A stretch of 64,000 nt of DNA from positions 32,001 to 96,000 of the forward strand of contig CAYUTF010000002.1 of the NCBI GenBank assembly GCA_964447495.1. The letters are read 5' to 3'. The DNA is from an uncultured archaeon. GTDB lineage: Archaea > Asgardarchaeota > Lokiarchaeia > Sigyniarchaeales > SOKP01. This document shows positions 9,717 to 20,161 of the stretch, piece by piece. The notes beneath the pieces were generated by a model. It ran no database searches. It saw only the letters and a list, made by a program, of their open reading frames with translations, and was not told the DNA's origin. Both the position numbers and the translations under genes were made by a program. The number at the start of each line of letters is the position of its first letter. Positions within the stretch are counted from its first letter, which is position 1.

Positions 9717-10970
9717 TTAATTTCTAATTAGCTTTTCAATCTTGTCCACAACCTTTAGAGCACCAAAATAAGATTCTGCAAACGTGGTTCCATTATATAG
9801 TATTGTGCATAAAGGTTCATTCTTATAAATATCAAAATCAGGTGCTGATTTATCATGAACATAAGCCAATTTACTTATTTCATCTAATTTGGAGCTTTTT
9901 ATATCTTGAGAGGCAAATAAAATTAATTTTGTAGAAAAAGTATGGGTTTCAATAGTATCTAATCTCCTTAAGATAGTATTCCATTCATCTTCAGAAAAAG
10001 ATTGAATATGAAGATCCATTAAATTAATATTAAGTGCATTTTCTGACACCCTTAGAGAACCGGGGATTCTAGGATTAATTTCCATCAAATACGGATAATG
10101 ATTTTTTAATACAAAATCAAATCCATTTATCCCTTTTAATTTTAATGTTTTAGTTAGAAAAAGAGAGATTTCTGTAATTATTTCATTATCTATTTTAAGT
10201 AAATTTGCAGGTACAATATTTCCACAATAAGCAAACTGTTTAGGGGCATTTAGAAATTTTTCCCCAATTATTTGACGATTTATAGAGATAACTTTAGTAT
10301 TTACGCCATCAGAAATGATTGTGCAGCTTATAGGTAATCCTTGGATATATTCTTGAACTAACCATTCATTTGGTTGGAAGCCCTCAACTCCAAGTAGCTT
10401 CATGAGAAAGAGATATTGGTCATATGTATCTATTTTATAAATATTTATACCTCCTGAACTCTTTTTCTTTTTCAAAATTAGCGGATATTGTACATTTTGA
10501 CTCTGAAAATCAAACTCATCAGCACTTATGCTAATAGGGTATTTATAGTTATATTTTTCTAATAAATTATATAATCCGTGTATATCTCGTGCTTTTTTTA
10601 ATATTTCGATGTTGTTGTTCAAACTTTTTATGCCATATTTTTTATTCTTCAATTCTTGAAGAAATTGAGCTCTGTCATCAATGGCATCATCTAATCCACT
10701 TCCAATAACGAGATTCTCTATTTTGGGATGCCTCTCTAACATTTTTAATGCGAATTTTAATAAATACTGACTATAAGAATTTTTTAATACTTCATAATTT
10801 GCGCCAAGTTCCTTACTAATGATTAATGAATCTTTTACACAGGGAAATAAATCTACATCTCCAAAAAAATCCACAGCATATACCTTATAACCCGCTAAAT
10901 TTAAGGAAGTAGCTAATGGTCTAGTGTTAAAACCAACAACTAGTACAGAATTTTTATAATCACTCATCAA
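9717..10970 (-). CDS. ATP-grasp protein, family associated with pterin/methanofuran C1 cofactor genes
   Basis: VDFFGDVD, SSGGINI, QEYIQG, EINPRIPGS. Confidence 0.75.
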   Translation of the reverse strand: MMSDYKNSVLVVGFNTRPLATSLNLAGYKVYAVDFFGDVDLFPCVKDSLIISKELGANYEVLKNSYSQYLLKFALKMLERHPKIENLVIGSGLDDAIDDRAQFLQELKNKKYGIKSLNNNIEILKKARDIHGLYNLLEKYNYKYPISISADEFDFQSQNVQYPLILKKKKSSGGINIYKIDTYDQYLFLMKLLGVEGFQPNEWLVQEYIQGLPISCTIISDGVNTKVISINRQIIGEKFLNAPKQFAYCGNIVPANLLKIDNEIITEISLFLTKTLKLKGINGFDFVLKNHYPYLMEINPRIPGSLRVSENALNINLMDLHIQSFSEDEWNTILRRLDTIETHTFSTKLILFASQDIKSSKLDEISKLAYVHDKSAPDFDIYKNEPLCTILYNGTTFAESYFGALKVVDKIEKLIRN

Positions 10971-11009
10971 TCTAACAAATATTTCAAAAATTAAAACTTA
11001 TTTTATATG

Positions 11010-13249
11010 TTAAAGAATCTTTTTTAACTCTAAAATTAGATTTTTGGGATTGACTCTGTCAAATTGATAAATTTCTGCTTTTCCGAAATCTTTAAAATTC
11101 TCCTTTATCTTATTAGCAGCAAAAGTATTTACACCTAATCCTTGAGTGGCATAACTCTTTTTTGGTTCTAACACTACAAGATGAACCCCTTTTTTAGATA
11201 AAGCCTTTGTTAATTCTTTTAATTCATTGATAATCACATTATAATCACTTTGTACTTGGGCAATTAAATCAGGATATTTTACGGAAATGTTTGCACCACA
11301 ATCAGAACAAATAAAAATTACGGGGATTATATTTCTATTCTTTAATTTTTCTGCATTAATTAATTTAAGAGATTTCTTTAATGCTGCAGCCATTGGTGTA
11401 TATGATTTTCCTTCAATATTTTTTACTTTATTGGCAGCATTCTTGAAATAAACCGTTGGTTTTTGAAGAACAACTGCATCTTTTCCTCGAAAAATTATCA
11501 GACTTATTTTGTCCTTCTTTCGATAACCTTCTTTTTGTAAAGATAAAATTACATCTGTCATTTGCTTTATTACATAGTACATCGAAGCAGAGCTGTCTAA
11601 TACAAAAAATAAAACCAATGGTGCACGATATTCGTATATTTTGTCCATTAAATCATACTTATTGAATTTAATGGGAAAATCAATATCAGTTTGATTATAT
11701 ATTGTATTTTTCAAATAATTTCTGATAGTTGCATCTAATGCGATACTTTTGGGGTTATTAATTGGAGTTCGATATGATACGTACCTTCCTTTTTGTGAGG
11801 AAGAAATTTTGATTCTTCTTCCGATTCCTCTTCCACCATAGTTAGAAACTTTCCTTTCTTTTCGAATATTATCCAAAATCGAAGTCATTTTTTTTTCCAT
11901 TTTATAGATTAATGGGAGAGCATCGAAATCATAATCTAAAAAATCAAACAACTCCTCATTAAAGGGAATATCCTTTACTTTCCATCCTCCAGCCGGTGAA
12001 GGACTTCTTTTTTTATTATCATGATATTTTGGTGCCGGTAATTTCTGTTCTTTAGTTTCTGGTACATCAACCTTTTTTGGATCTATTGATTGCCGTTTAA
12101 ATTCTTTCTGAGGGGCATCGTCATATTTCAGAGGACCTTCTGTGTCTTTATTCGGTTTATAGGTATTAGTATCTTCATATGCTTTCTGTATTTTTCCATA
12201 TACCTCAACAATTTTAGCTTTTATCTCTTCCGGAGTCATCTCATAGTGAAGGGATTGAATACGATGTTCAAAAACTAAATCCATAGCTACATTCAAATCA
12301 TCCTCAGCAACCATCTTTCTCCCGTTAAAAGCCGCATGAGCACGGGCACATCTGATAAAGGTAATATCTGCTCTTTGAGAAAAAATACCTAATTCATTAA
12401 CAAGCCTTGATACAAACTCATACACAGTAGAAGGAATTTGAACTTCTTTCATAATTTCACGAGCATTTTTTATTTTTTTCCTTAGCATTTCCTGTTCTTC
12501 TTCATATAATTTATGAAATTCTTTTGGATTATCATCAAATTCTATAACTCGTCTTGAAATTTCTGCTCGTAATTTCGGATCACGAGGTGCTTTGATTTTA
12601 ACTTCCAAACCTAGTCTGTCAGCTATCTGTGGGCGGAGTTCCCCCTTTCCGAATCCTAATTCGCTGTGAATATAGGATCTTCGGGGTTCATACTCCCGAC
12701 CAAGATAAATCGCGAGGGATGAGATACAGAGATTCCTTCTCGTTCTATTATGTTAACACCTGATGCCGCTGAATCCAATAAAACATCTACGATGTGATCT
12801 TGTAATAGATTTATCTCATCTACGTAAAGAATTCCTCTGTGAGCTTTGGCAAGCAATCCAGGATGAAGACTGCGTATACCTTCTGTAAGTACTTTATCAA
12901 TAGACAAAGATCCGCAGACCATATCTTCCGTAACTCCTAAAGGTAAGTCAATTATGCGCATGCTACGCCTTGCCCTTTCCATTGTTCCATCCTTAAGTTT
13001 AACACGACATTCATCACATAATTCATCAATTTCTGCGTTTGGATCACACGAAAACGTACAATCTTTCACCACTTCTATTTCAGGCATCATTTCTGCCAAG
13101 CTTCTAACAGCCGTAGATTTTCCTGTTCCTTGTTGCCCAGTGAGTAATACTCCAGCAATTTGAGGGTCTATAACATTAAGAATTAGACCCATTTTCATTA
13201 TGTCTTGACCGAGTATTGCTGTAAATGGGAAACTATTCCTTTTTACCAT
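11010..13249 (-). CDS. Chelatase-type (ChlI/ChlD-like) AAA+ ATPase fused to vWA; two exons (13249-12679, 12646-11010), 735 aa after removing a 32-nt intron
   Basis: FPFTAILGQ, Walker A GQQGTGKS, Walker B LYVDE, spliced NPEEGELRPQIADRLGL, MIDAS DSSAS; 2240-32=2208 nt=736 codons. Confidence 0.88.
12647..12678 (-). other. Putative 32-nt BHB-type mRNA intron
   Basis: AUCCUAUAUUCACAGCGAAUUAGGAUUCGGAA; central helix CCGA/UCGG, bulges AG^A and AA^A; removal gives CCC GAA GAG GGG GAA CUC (PEEGEL). Confidence 0.82.
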
Positions 13250-13323
13250 AACTTGATGTTAAAAGTTTCATTTTTATTAAAAATTTCCCATTATAACAAA
13301 GTATTAGAGATATTATTACAAAG

Positions 13324-13719
13324 TTAGCAATTTGAATAATATTGCTTGAAGAATTTTATGATAGATAATGCTTCATAACCTTTTTTTGTTAATTCATACT
13401 TCCAAGAAATGTTTTTTTTATCAATTTTTATATAATATTCAGGGTAATCATTTCTATTAAAAAAACTGACTATCGTTCTCGGATTTTTAATATGTAGAGC
13501 ATTGGCTAAGGCCTTGCTAGTTATTGATTCACCTGATTTGGACATTTTATAAATAGTTTTTAAATATTTAACAAAATTATCACTTAATCTTTTAGGTAGT
13601 TTTAAGGGATCTTGAATTAAATTACTCTTATTTACAAATTTAAAATTTTTTTTCACCATATTTTTTTTTAAAGCTTCCCTTTGCTGATTAAAAAGTTTTC
13701 CATTTAATAAGAGTTTCAT
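13324..13719 (-). CDS. Winged-helix protein (DtxR/MarR-like HTH)
   Basis: YLKTIYKM...SKALANALHI...YELTKKGYEAL. Confidence 0.6.
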   Translation of the reverse strand: MKLLLNGKLFNQQREALKKNMVKKNFKFVNKSNLIQDPLKLPKRLSDNFVKYLKTIYKMSKSGESITSKALANALHIKNPRTIVSFFNRNDYPEYYIKIDKKNISWKYELTKKGYEALSIIKFFKQYYSNC

Positions 13720-13796
13720 AGATTCCAGACCTTTACCCTCCGAATTTAATTTCCATTTTTTCGATTATTGTCTTAATTCTATAGTATACTTTCTTC

Positions 13797-14069
13797 TTAT
13801 ATAAGTAATTTCTTTAAATTATTATAAAATGCATCTGCTTCATGGAAGGCATCTTTAAAAGCCTTATTTCGCTTGTATGCTAATGCTTTCTCTATTTTAG
13901 AAGGTAATGATTCCACTTCTGCTCGATCACCAGTTAAAAATAGCCATCGTCCAAAAGTGTCAAACGATTGAGCGAACGTTCGTATTACATCGAAAGGGAT
14001 AGGAACGTCTTTCGCACGAGAAGTCTGAATGAAACTAGCAATCATGCTTCTTAAGCTCCACATCACCAT
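13797..14069 (-). CDS. Hypothetical protein
   Basis: 90 aa ORF with a G-rich SD-like stretch (AGGGGG) upstream. Confidence 0.5.
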   Translation of the reverse strand: MVMWSLRSMIASFIQTSRAKDVPIPFDVIRTFAQSFDTFGRWLFLTGDRAEVESLPSKIEKALAYKRNKAFKDAFHEADAFYNNLKKLLI

Positions 14070-14151
14070 TGCGCCCCCTAAATTTTTATTAAAAGTAGGA
14101 TGGAATAGGAAAAATAAGTAGTTCTATAAACTGGTTTTGATTGTAAGAATG

Positions 14152-14331
14152 CTATGTGGGAAAAGTATCTTCGTGGAATTCATCTTCATTTTCACCCATT
14201 TTCTCATCTTCATCATTTTTTTTATTCCAGTCCTTGTCTTCTTCTTCTGTATTGTCTTCCTCGCGATTTATACTCCTCTCATTCCATTCATCAGTTTTAA
14301 TTTTTCTTTTACCTTTATTTTTTTTCTTCAT
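14152..14331 (-). CDS. Small basic-then-acidic protein, 59 aa (not in ORF track)
   Basis: ATG 14331 to TAG 14152: MKKKNKGKRKIKTDEWNERSINREEDNTEEEDKDW...; explains the low-complexity shadow ORFs on +. Confidence 0.55.
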   Translation of the reverse strand: MKKKNKGKRKIKTDEWNERSINREEDNTEEEDKDWNKKNDEDEKMGENEDEFHEDTFPT

Positions 14332-14613
14332 GATAATATTATCTATTAAGCATTTTTTCCAGTATGTATTTCAAATTTCAATTCATAATTTTAAATATTA
14401 GCGTTTTAAATTATAAAATCTCTAAAAATATTAATTACTCTTATTTAAAGAATGTTGTTCATATGATTTTATTTATTTTTATCTTAACACTTAATAAAGG
14501 CAATAGATCATTCAATTCAAAATGCAAACCAATCTAAGAATTCAAACCTATAAACAAATAATTAATAGTAAGAAATGAAACGTTAAAAAAAAAGCATTTC
14601 GATAAGCTATTTT

Positions 14614-15564
14614 TTAGAATTTTTTAGAAATTTCCATTAATTTTGTGTCTAATTTGGTTACTTCTTCATCCCATTCGGATAAAATAGCCTCCACTTGGGG
14701 AATAATCTCTGTTCTTTCTTTATATTCAAGATAATCCATGAATTCTTTGATATTGGCAATTTTTATATAGGTTTCTGCTACAAACTTTCTAATTTCATGA
14801 ACTTGATTATTTAATACCTCTGGGACTCTGTGAGATTCGCCTTTTCGAACTAATGTTGTCAAATATTCTTCAGTACCAAGTAATAAAGCTTTAAATTTAG
14901 TCAATTTATCTTGTATATATTTCTCGTATGTTTCAAAGAGATTGTCCTTAGGGAAGTAATTTGTCACATCAATTATGAATTTATGAGTTTGATTTACCAG
15001 TTGCTCCATACTTTCGTATCCTTCGATGCGGTAATCTACAGTATGATAAGATGCTTCAATTCCTCGAGATGTATCATCTAAGCTGAATATTTTAAAGCCT
15101 GGATCATTTTTAAGAGGTTTTTCTGGATCTCCTTTCTTATCAGGCATTTCTACTTGACGAATTAACCTTTCAGGGTTAAAAACGAGAGTGAAATACAAAG
15201 GATTGGCCGTTTGATGAAAAGCAAGATGTCTAATATCAATATGACTTAACATCACTTTAAATCCGGGATGTGTATGCCACGCTCCAACTGTGTATAAGCC
15301 CCTTGAAAATGCTTCATCATCAATTAAAGTATATGTAATGTTATCTTCTTCTGACCATTCATATTTATCTATAACAGCATCTTTATCCAATTTTTCATGC
15401 ATAATAGGATAAGATTCTTTTATAATGATATCCTCTTCTTTTTTCTCACCAATAAAAACACCATTTACTTCTAACCACACATCTTTTGAGATTTTTTGAT
15501 TGGCAAATCGTACAGCTGCGGCCACAATCGTTAGATAAACTTTTTTTGGTATAATTACCGTCAT
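14614..15564 (-). CDS. MPN/JAMM metalloprotease-domain protein with helical C-terminus
   Basis: EVNG glutamate and WHTHPGFKVMLSHID (HxHx7Sx2D). Confidence 0.85.
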   Translation of the reverse strand: MTVIIPKKVYLTIVAAAVRFANQKISKDVWLEVNGVFIGEKKEEDIIIKESYPIMHEKLDKDAVIDKYEWSEEDNITYTLIDDEAFSRGLYTVGAWHTHPGFKVMLSHIDIRHLAFHQTANPLYFTLVFNPERLIRQVEMPDKKGDPEKPLKNDPGFKIFSLDDTSRGIEASYHTVDYRIEGYESMEQLVNQTHKFIIDVTNYFPKDNLFETYEKYIQDKLTKFKALLLGTEEYLTTLVRKGESHRVPEVLNNQVHEIRKFVAETYIKIANIKEFMDYLEYKERTEIIPQVEAILSEWDEEVTKLDTKLMEISKKF

Positions 15565-15740
15565 ATTTACATTGTCTAAATACTAATATTATTGATCAAG
15601 TTATACTAATCCATATATTTATGTTTTTTTTTGGGAGAAATATAAAATTATTTAAATTCAAAATTTACCATTATATTATTACTTAAAGTCATATTGAAAC
15701 TGATTCCAATTAAATAATATTGATTAAATTGTGATTAAAA

Positions 15741-16361
15741 GTGAGCGATAAAGGGTTTGAACCATTAAGCAGTCAGTTAGGGATAGCAGGAACGTCTTAT
15801 AGAATTCAATTGGGTCTTATAAATGGACGTTGGGCTTCGCGTTTATTAAAAGGGAATGATGTTATTGATTCTTATGTTTATAAGGACGAGGATGTGCAAG
15901 GCGAATATCCGAATCAAAATATCATAGTAGGATGGGTCTTAAGAACCGTAGCAATTCCTAATATCAACCCCCATCAAGTAATGAAAACAACTCAAGCATT
16001 AGTGAAGCAAGCTATAGAAAAGAAAGAACAAAAGAAAGTTATGGCCCCAATATCAGAAACCAAGGATGTTGAATTGGAAAAGGTACCCGATAGTCAATTG
16101 AAGAGATCACAACCCATGGGATGGGTGAAAGATGAAGGTGTAAAATCAGTACAAGAGCTTGAGGACGAAAAACGTGAAGCTTTTAGAGAAAGGATGAAAT
16201 ACAAACATGTAGAAGAAGAAGCCAAAAGAGTTTCTGCTGTAAAAACTACTCGAGAATTACCTTCAATCCCTAAAATGGGAGGAGTAACTTCAAAAACTTG
16301 TCCAAGTTGTGGCAAAGATTTAGATTGGAAATTTTGCCCCTATTGTGGGGAAAAATTATAA
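15741..16361 (+). CDS. Hypothetical protein with C-terminal zinc ribbon
   Basis: CPSCG...CPYCG. Confidence 0.7.
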   Translation: MSDKGFEPLSSQLGIAGTSYRIQLGLINGRWASRLLKGNDVIDSYVYKDEDVQGEYPNQNIIVGWVLRTVAIPNINPHQVMKTTQALVKQAIEKKEQKKVMAPISETKDVELEKVPDSQLKRSQPMGWVKDEGVKSVQELEDEKREAFRERMKYKHVEEEAKRVSAVKTTRELPSIPKMGGVTSKTCPSCGKDLDWKFCPYCGEKL

Positions 16362-16587
16362 ATCTTATCACTATAACTTGATATCTACGTTTCTATATAA
16401 CAGAAAATTAGTTAAATATTAAATTTTATACTCTTTTCTTACAAAAGAAATTTATCCTTGTTTGCCAAATAGATATTGTAGTTTCTGGTTAAGAGCTTTA
16501 ACAAGTTAGATTCCATAATTGTAATAAGCATTATATCTGTAAGGTTCCAATTAATAGACATCAAAGTAGATTCTAAAAAATTATTAT

Positions 16588-16617
16588 AACTGAATTATTA
16601 GTAACAATAATTCAGTT
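16588..16617. promoter_or_regulatory. Perfect 12-bp inverted repeat upstream of the MPN gene pair
   Basis: AACTGAATTATT-agtaac-AATAATTCAGTT. Confidence 0.45.
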
Positions 16618-16766
16618 CAATATTATCTTTAATTAATATAAACTTAAAACCAAGATGATATAATTATCATAGAAGGATTTTTGATTAGTGTATCAAATTA
16701 AAATGCATATTATAAATGAGTTAAATTAATATATCTTAAAAATTAACTATATCTAAACTTATCAAA

Positions 16767-18272
16767 TTGAGTGATTTAATAATGGGAAAGTTTGTTGATG
16801 AAAGCACTGTGATAGTTAAGCCATTAGCATATTATAAGATGCTGGTACATGTACTTCGATTTGGTTCAAAAGCAAGGGATTTTAGGCAGTTTAGCGAAGT
16901 AATTGGAATGTTGGTGGGACATTTAGAAGGAGATGGAAAAATCAAAAATGTTATCGTGGAAGATGTAGTACCAATTTCACATGGGGGTTCTATAGAAGTC
17001 AAATTTACTGAAGAACAGTTAGGAGCATTCGGTGAGATTGATCTTCAGATATATAATGAGCATGGTATGAAAAATTGGTTCACAGTAGGTTGGTATCATT
17101 CGCATCCGGGCTTAAATATCTTTTTCTCATCAACTGATGTTTTTAATCAACTATTTTGGCAAGATAAAAATCCTAGTGGAGTAGGACTGGTATTCGATCA
17201 TACATATTTAGAGCGTGAAGGAGACATGGGTTTTCGAGCGTTTAGGTTGGATGATCCTTCGAAAAGTCTTAATTCTGAGTATCATGAAGTTAAAGCTATT
17301 GTAGAACCTCCAAAGGATAAGTCATTCTATTCTAATGTAATCACTTTAATTAATAATATTCAATCAAATCAGCCACCTTTATATGAGCTAAATGAAACTA
17401 CAGATCTATTTAGTGAAGTATTTATCCCAGATCAAGAACAATTAGAGATTCGAAAACCTGAATTACATCTTCAGGAATTACTATCTTCATTAAAATCCGG
17501 TATAACTTCCTTTTTAGATTTATCAATGATCCCTCTAATTACGTCTCTTAATGAATGGAGTCAAAGGATTACCAACAAAACATATTATAATAACACACAG
17601 ATGAGAAAAGATTTGGTAAAGTTAAAACAAAATTTAAGTGATAGTCTAAATGATATGCAGAAAACTTTTAATTACACTTTGCAAAATAATTTAAGCAAAT
17701 TAGATGACTACATCTCAGATACATTTGATGAATTTGAAGAGGAACAAGAAAATATTCGGAAAATTTATAGTAATTTTAAAAATCAAATCAATTTAGAAAA
17801 AGACACTTTATTTAATGAAAAATTAAAGTTTTCTGTTGAACAGATTTCTTTCATGTTTGATAATTGTCAGAAATTAATCTCACAAATTGATGAGACTAAT
17901 TCAAATTGTATCCAAATTTTAGAAAAAAATACTCAAATGATAGAAAGTTTATCGAAAATAATAATGCCCTCAGAAAAAAGAATTACTGGTAAATTGGATG
18001 AAAATAAGCAAAAAACTATAGAAAATTTCAAGAAAAAAATAATAAATCTCGACAATAATATAAGTAATTTAGATAAAGAAGCAAAGAAAATTATGTCGAA
18101 CCTCAAGGCAGCTATTTTAGTACTTGAAGGCTCAAAAGACCCTATTTTCAATAAGATTGAAAAATTAGAAAGTGAAAAGAAGAATTTACATACAACAATT
18201 AAGGACTTAAAAACCGATAAACAAGAACTACTGTCTCAAATTAAAGATTTAAAGAAAGGAGGAGGGAAATAA
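16767..18272 (+). CDS. Rpn11/CSN5-like MPN+ (JAMM) protein with long coiled coil
   Basis: KMLVHV, EVIGMLVG, VGWYHSHPGLNIFFSSTD, then ~270 aa heptad-rich region. Confidence 0.88.
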   Translation: MSDLIMGKFVDESTVIVKPLAYYKMLVHVLRFGSKARDFRQFSEVIGMLVGHLEGDGKIKNVIVEDVVPISHGGSIEVKFTEEQLGAFGEIDLQIYNEHGMKNWFTVGWYHSHPGLNIFFSSTDVFNQLFWQDKNPSGVGLVFDHTYLEREGDMGFRAFRLDDPSKSLNSEYHEVKAIVEPPKDKSFYSNVITLINNIQSNQPPLYELNETTDLFSEVFIPDQEQLEIRKPELHLQELLSSLKSGITSFLDLSMIPLITSLNEWSQRITNKTYYNNTQMRKDLVKLKQNLSDSLNDMQKTFNYTLQNNLSKLDDYISDTFDEFEEEQENIRKIYSNFKNQINLEKDTLFNEKLKFSVEQISFMFDNCQKLISQIDETNSNCIQILEKNTQMIESLSKIIMPSEKRITGKLDENKQKTIENFKKKIINLDNNISNLDKEAKKIMSNLKAAILVLEGSKDPIFNKIEKLESEKKNLHTTIKDLKTDKQELLSQIKDLKKGGGK

Positions 18273-19676
18273 ATGCCTAAAGATTCTGCTAATAACTTAG
18301 ATACTGGCTATGAAAATAAAGAAGTAGAAGTCTCAAAAGAGGGAAGAATTACAATTAAATATGATTGTTTTAGAAAGATGATATCTCATATTCTTAGATT
18401 TGCTAATGAATCTGAAGAAATAAGCCAGCAAGCACTTGGTATTTGTGTTGGCGAATATTTAAGTGAAGATAAGAGTTTCATTATCAACGATGCTATTCCA
18501 ATTACGCATGGTGATATTGTAGAACTGGGATTTTCCCAAGAAATTCATGATACTATAGAAACAATTAAATCGCAATATTCAGAAACAAACAATAAAATAA
18601 TAGGGTGGTATCACTCCCATTTAGGATATGGGTTATACTTTTCTAATTCGGATAAAGCAAATAATCAATACTTCCAAAATGACGATAATCCTTATGGATT
18701 TGGGATTGTGATTGAACAAACATTAATATCAGAGGATCAAAATTTTGGAACTGAAATTTTTAGGTTAAAAGATTTTATTAAAGGCTCAGAAAGCGATTAT
18801 GTTAAAGTTCAATTTGAAATTGAATCACCAAATACTTTAAAATACTTTAAATGGGTAAAGGAACTAATTGAATCTGCTCAAAAAAAAAATACTGCAATCA
18901 TTCATGAAGTTGATGAGCTCGTGAAACCTTCTCCTGAAGTACTTCAAGAGATCCCCACATCTCCACAAGATGAGCCTGAATCCACAGAAAAAGAAGGGTT
19001 TTCAATACTATATGGAGTAAAAGATGGTATAGAAAAATTTAAGGATGCTTTTCTTAGTGTTTATGAACAAGAACTGAATATATGGATGAATGATGTTTCT
19101 GAAGATGTATTAAAAGGCTCTGAATATATACGGAGTTCTATAAATAATATTAAAGAAACATTAGCATCAGGTTTAGTGGATGTTCAACGCATCTTTAATA
19201 GAAGTTTTACCGATATTTCAAATCTTTTTATGAAAAATATAAAAACAAGTGTTGACACACGTTTAACCAATCAAATTGAGCTTAAAAATGAAATCGAATC
19301 AAACTTTGAAGAGCAATTAAGTTATCTTTTTGAGAATTTAGAAAAAGAAATACGTGATATCACGAATTTAATTGAAGAAAAAATAACAACTATTAAAAAT
19401 GAATTAGATAAGATCACCCAAAATAATAACGTTATTGAACAGTCATTAAATCAGAATAACGAACTTTTGAATAAAGTTTATCAAGAGTCCGATAAATTAT
19501 CAAATACAATTATTCAACATATCGAAAATTCGACTAAAGCATTTGAATTAAAATTATTTAATGAAATCGAAGATTTCTCATCGAAAATGAATCCAAATAA
19601 AGAAACTTATCGTGAAATCGAAGATTTAATTGAAAGACTTCAAAAAGTAATATCAAGTTTAAGACAAGTAAAATAA
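18273..19676 (+). CDS. MPN-domain protein with coiled coil; catalytic Glu apparently replaced by Gln
   Basis: QALGICVG where paralogues have EVxG; IGWYHSHLGYGLYFSNSD retained; start abuts the upstream stop. Confidence 0.85.
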   Translation: MPKDSANNLDTGYENKEVEVSKEGRITIKYDCFRKMISHILRFANESEEISQQALGICVGEYLSEDKSFIINDAIPITHGDIVELGFSQEIHDTIETIKSQYSETNNKIIGWYHSHLGYGLYFSNSDKANNQYFQNDDNPYGFGIVIEQTLISEDQNFGTEIFRLKDFIKGSESDYVKVQFEIESPNTLKYFKWVKELIESAQKKNTAIIHEVDELVKPSPEVLQEIPTSPQDEPESTEKEGFSILYGVKDGIEKFKDAFLSVYEQELNIWMNDVSEDVLKGSEYIRSSINNIKETLASGLVDVQRIFNRSFTDISNLFMKNIKTSVDTRLTNQIELKNEIESNFEEQLSYLFENLEKEIRDITNLIEEKITTIKNELDKITQNNNVIEQSLNQNNELLNKVYQESDKLSNTIIQHIENSTKAFELKLFNEIEDFSSKMNPNKETYREIEDLIERLQKVISSLRQVK

Positions 19677-19715
19677 ACAAAGCTTTTTTTATATAAAAAG
19701 TACTTTTCCTGTAAA

Positions 19716-20030
19716 TTAAGAAAAATCCAGATGAGAAACCATAGAGATATGTAATTTATATTTGGGAATATTAGTTCTTAAGCGTTTTAATTGATTTCTT
19801 TTTGCTACATTACTTAAAATTCGTCCAATTCGATCAACCCTTATATTAATACCGAAGTTTTCTTTTAATACAGAATTAATCTTATAAGAAGAAAGAATTA
19901 CCACATTAGATATATTTTTTTCACAAAGCATTTCAATAGCTTGTTTAACAAAATGAACAATATTCTCTCTATCTTGATTTGTTTCCATACTCATATTAAT
20001 AATATTTTTTAAAGTTTTTAAAACTTTCAA
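19716..20030 (-). CDS. Small hypothetical protein, possibly winged helix
   Basis: basic ~100 aa ORF (RIGRILSNVAKRNQL); start uncertain. Confidence 0.55.
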   Translation of the reverse strand: MKVLKTLKNIINMSMETNQDRENIVHFVKQAIEMLCEKNISNVVILSSYKINSVLKENFGINIRVDRIGRILSNVAKRNQLKRLRTNIPKYKLHISMVSHLDFS

Positions 20031-20161
20031 ATGAGTAGTTAAATACGAATAATAGTGAGTAAAATTATTTTATATCACTTATTTACTAATTTATTTAAGA
20101 AAAAATTCATTTATAATAAGTCAAAGAATTGAATAAAATTAGTGTTGCTTGGATCTAACAA

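Noticed and set aside
12609-12680. Pseudogene, sequencing error or ribosomal frameshift as the cause of the chelatase split
   Set aside because: The break is a discrete 32-nt hairpin whose removal restores the motif exactly; a 1-nt indel or slip would not explain the extra sequence. Not formally excluded without RNA data.
14137-14401. Phe-rich and Ser-rich + strand ORFs
   Set aside because: They are antisense shadows of the Lys/Glu-rich minus-strand ORF.
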